IMG/VR virus record: IMGVR_UViG_3300043313_000168
Location: 2,978 to 66,977 of that record
Strand: one strand, 5' to 3'
Length of the DNA: 64,000 bases
Source of the DNA: a virus
Shown: positions 61,898 to 64,000 of the stretch, in pieces
Layout of the letters: each line of letters starts with the position of its first letter
How positions within the stretch are numbered: the first letter of the stretch is position 1
The notes under the pieces: generated by a model
What the model saw: only the letters and a program-made list of their open reading frames with translations
The model's database searches: none
What the model was told of the DNA's origin: nothing
Program-made: the position numbers and the translations under genes

Positions 61898-62395
61898 ATG
61901 ACCACCATCGCGTACAAGGACGGGATCATGGCGTGCGACAGCTGCTGGTCGGAGAACAAGGCGGTGGACACGCTGCAGACAAAGATCGAGCGGCTCCCAT
62001 CGGGGGCGCTGCTGGGCTCGGCGGGTGACAACGACAACCGCCAGATGAAGCGCCTGTTCGTCAACGTGAAGACCCCCGCCGCCCTCCCAGACAAAGCCGC
62101 CATCCTCGCCATTCGCTGCGAGTACGCCGGCATCCTCGTCCTCCCCAAAGGGCGTGTGTTCAAAATCTCAGCCACCCATATGAGCGAGGCCCACTGGGGC
62201 GCCGACTTCGCCGACGACGTCGGCCTGTGGGAGATCAGCGGACCGTTCTGTGCGATCGGTACCGGCAAGGAGTTCGCGCTGGGCGCCATGGCGGCCGGCA
62301 AGGACGCGGTCGAGGCGGTTCGCATCGCCTGCCGTTTCGACATTAACTCCCGCCCGCCTGTCCATCAGGTGGCGCTGAAGAGGAGTGCAAAATGA
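61898..62395 (+). CDS. Ntn-hydrolase, proteasome beta / HslV-like peptidase
   Basis: MTTIAY..G.MACDS, KI, GSAG, AIGTG..FALGAM, AV.IA..FD. Confidence 0.8.
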   Translation: MTTIAYKDGIMACDSCWSENKAVDTLQTKIERLPSGALLGSAGDNDNRQMKRLFVNVKTPAALPDKAAILAIRCEYAGILVLPKGRVFKISATHMSEAHWGADFADDVGLWEISGPFCAIGTGKEFALGAMAAGKDAVEAVRIACRFDINSRPPVHQVALKRSAK

Positions 62396-62816
62396 CCCGT
62401 GTCATGCCGTGGCTCGCACCGCTCCTGGTGCTGCTCTCACTCAGTGCTTCCTTCGGAAACGTGCGGCCCTACGCCAGCGGAAACGTATCCACTGAGTGTG
62501 GACCCAACCGATGAACCTCTGGTGTCTTGCTTTCGCGCTGATGTTCGCGCTCGACATCGTGTGGGCTCTCTACACGCAATCAATGGTGGCGGGGCAGGCG
62601 GTGCGGGCGTCGTCATATGCCGCGGCGATCCAGTTGTTCACCGGGGCTCTGGTGCTTGAATACACCAAAGACCCGATGCTGTTGATCCCGGCTGGACTGG
62701 GGGCGTTCGCCGGGACCTACGTGGTTATAGCTGACCCGTTTCGACCAGCGCGCGAATGGCTGAGGGCTCGCCTTTCGGGTGGTCACAAAGCTCCACCAGA
62801 AAACGTGCAGCCATAG
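62392..62816 (+). CDS. Small signal-peptide ORF (62392-62514) and a membrane protein (62511-62816)
   Basis: ATGA couplings; hydrophobic segments; GAFAGTY. Confidence 0.55.
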
Positions 62817-63030
62817 CGCCGGTCTGCACTGCTTCCTTGAGACCGGCCCCGGTGTAGGCTGTGTCTGCCTTCACACAATCCCAGAGCTCGTCGGCCTCCT
62901 CCTGTAGCACCGCGTAGCCCTCATGTGCGTTGTTGAACGTACCGGGGTGCTTCATCCACGCGCGAACTACTTCCTCTTCAATGAGCCGCATTGCTCGCTG
63001 CAACCGCACTATCTTCAATTGGACGTCCAT
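62725..63030 (-). CDS. MazG-like NTP pyrophosphohydrolase
   Basis: FNNAHEGYAVLQEEADELWD...KEAVQTGAMAARF. Confidence 0.75.
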   Translation of the reverse strand: MDVQLKIVRLQRAMRLIEEEVVRAWMKHPGTFNNAHEGYAVLQEEADELWDCVKADTAYTGAGLKEAVQTGAMAARFLVELCDHPKGEPSAIRALVETGQL

Positions 63031-64000
63031 GCTCTTCACCTTCTGGGGTTAGCCCGGTATCGACGGCTGACGCGCTCATGCCGACGCTCGCACCGAGGTC
63101 TCGGTTGTTGACAGACTGCGAGTTCATCATGTCGGTCAGGTCCTGATGGCCCGCGACATTGATCGTGTAGACGTACTCCTGACCGCCGCCCAGCTGCGTG
63201 CCGGCGCTGAGTGTCTTGCGTTCGAGGACCATCTTGTAGAGCTTCTTGAAGGACTGCATGACCGACGTCGCCGAGACAGGCGGCGTCTGCCGGTCACACC
63301 ACCTCTTGAACGACTTCACTGACATCCGCAGGGTCTTGTCGCCGGTGTCCCAACGCACCTCGATGCCGTGCGGCAGGGGGGCGTTCGCCCACGGGCGGAT
63401 GTAGGGGATGTGGGTGGCCTTGCCGGCACCGGGGGGCGAGCTCTCGCACCAGATGGTGGACATCGTGTGGTCCTTGAGGAACCCCGTCAGGTAGTCCTCG
63501 GCGTAGGTGATGGCGTTGGGGGAGACGTTGGCGTCGACGCGGCCCGTCTTGTTCTGCTGGTAGACGTCGAACAGGAAGGCCTGCATGGCGGGGAGATCGA
63601 ACCCGACGTTGAGCTTGTTGGCGAGTTCCGCGCCGACGAGGAGGGCGCCGACGATCCCGATCCAGAAGCGATCTTCTTCAGTGGGGAGCAGCTTGGCTTC
63701 AAGGTCTTGGAGGACCACGTTCATCCGCTGCTGAACAGCGACATGGTTCTGACCGAGCATCTTCGCGTATTCTAATCCGACATTGCCAAAGTTGTGGTGG
63801 AGATCGAGCAGAGCCTGGGAGGCGGTGGATGGCGACACACGGCCGACTGGGTTGGCGACTGGGTTGATCTGGTATTCCAAGACGCGGTTGAGGCCAGCGG
63901 TGTGGGTCTGCTGCTGCTTAGCGACATACTCTTTGAAGCAGAGGTTGGAGTTGATCGAGATCAACGTCGACCACGTGCCCTTTTCGCGCCGGTCGGTGTT
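62978..64000 (-). CDS. C-terminal part of a primase/helicase-like (DUF927-type) replication protein, truncated by window
   Basis: Frame open to the window end; W.T..ISINSN...RVLE...NFG.VG..Y, RFW. Confidence 0.6.
   Translation of the reverse strand, partial: NTDRREKGTWSTLISINSNLCFKEYVAKQQQTHTAGLNRVLEYQINPVANPVGRVSPSTASQALLDLHHNFGNVGLEYAKMLGQNHVAVQQRMNVVLQDLEAKLLPTEEDRFWIGIVGALLVGAELANKLNVGFDLPAMQAFLFDVYQQNKTGRVDANVSPNAITYAEDYLTGFLKDHTMSTIWCESSPPGAGKATHIPYIRPWANAPLPHGIEVRWDTGDKTLRMSVKSFKRWCDRQTPPVSATSVMQSFKKLYKMVLERKTLSAGTQLGGGQEYVYTINVAGHQDLTDMMNSQSVNNRDLGASVGMSASAVDTGLTPEGEEHGRPIEDSAVAASNAAH

Overview
The window is most of a GC-rich tailed dsDNA phage genome, probably podovirus-like: there is no tape-measure or sheath gene and there are several large putative ejection proteins. 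The host is likely an alphaproteobacterium. It has two divergent arms. The leftward early/replication arm (about 20.1 kb down to 1, apparently continuing from 64000 down to 62.7 kb) encodes many small ORFs, an AAA+ ATPase and vWA-metallopeptidase pair, family A DNA polymerase, nucleotide-pool enzymes, a PD-(D/E)XK/Cas4-like nuclease, VRR-NUC, SNF2 helicase, a primase/helicase-like C-terminus and MazG. The rightward late arm (21.2-62.8 kb) encodes a CtrA-like regulator, terminase, portal, scaffold, major capsid, tail/fibre, lysis and internal virion proteins. Main observations: (1) a 15-bp palindrome TTACCGYNRCGGTAA occurs 16 times across the whole window, mostly inside genes; (2) a receiver-less CtrA-like regulator co-occurs with TTAA-N7-TTAA boxes in front of late transcription units; (3) six Gly-Pro-Thr collagen-like genes flank a glycosyltransferase/methyltransferase cassette, suggesting a BclA-like glycosylated virion; (4) an overprinted ORF with six 13-aa SPKG repeats lies near the terminase genes; (5) an iteron-like inverted-repeat region sits at the arm junction. 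All calls come from reading motifs by eye; no database searches were run.
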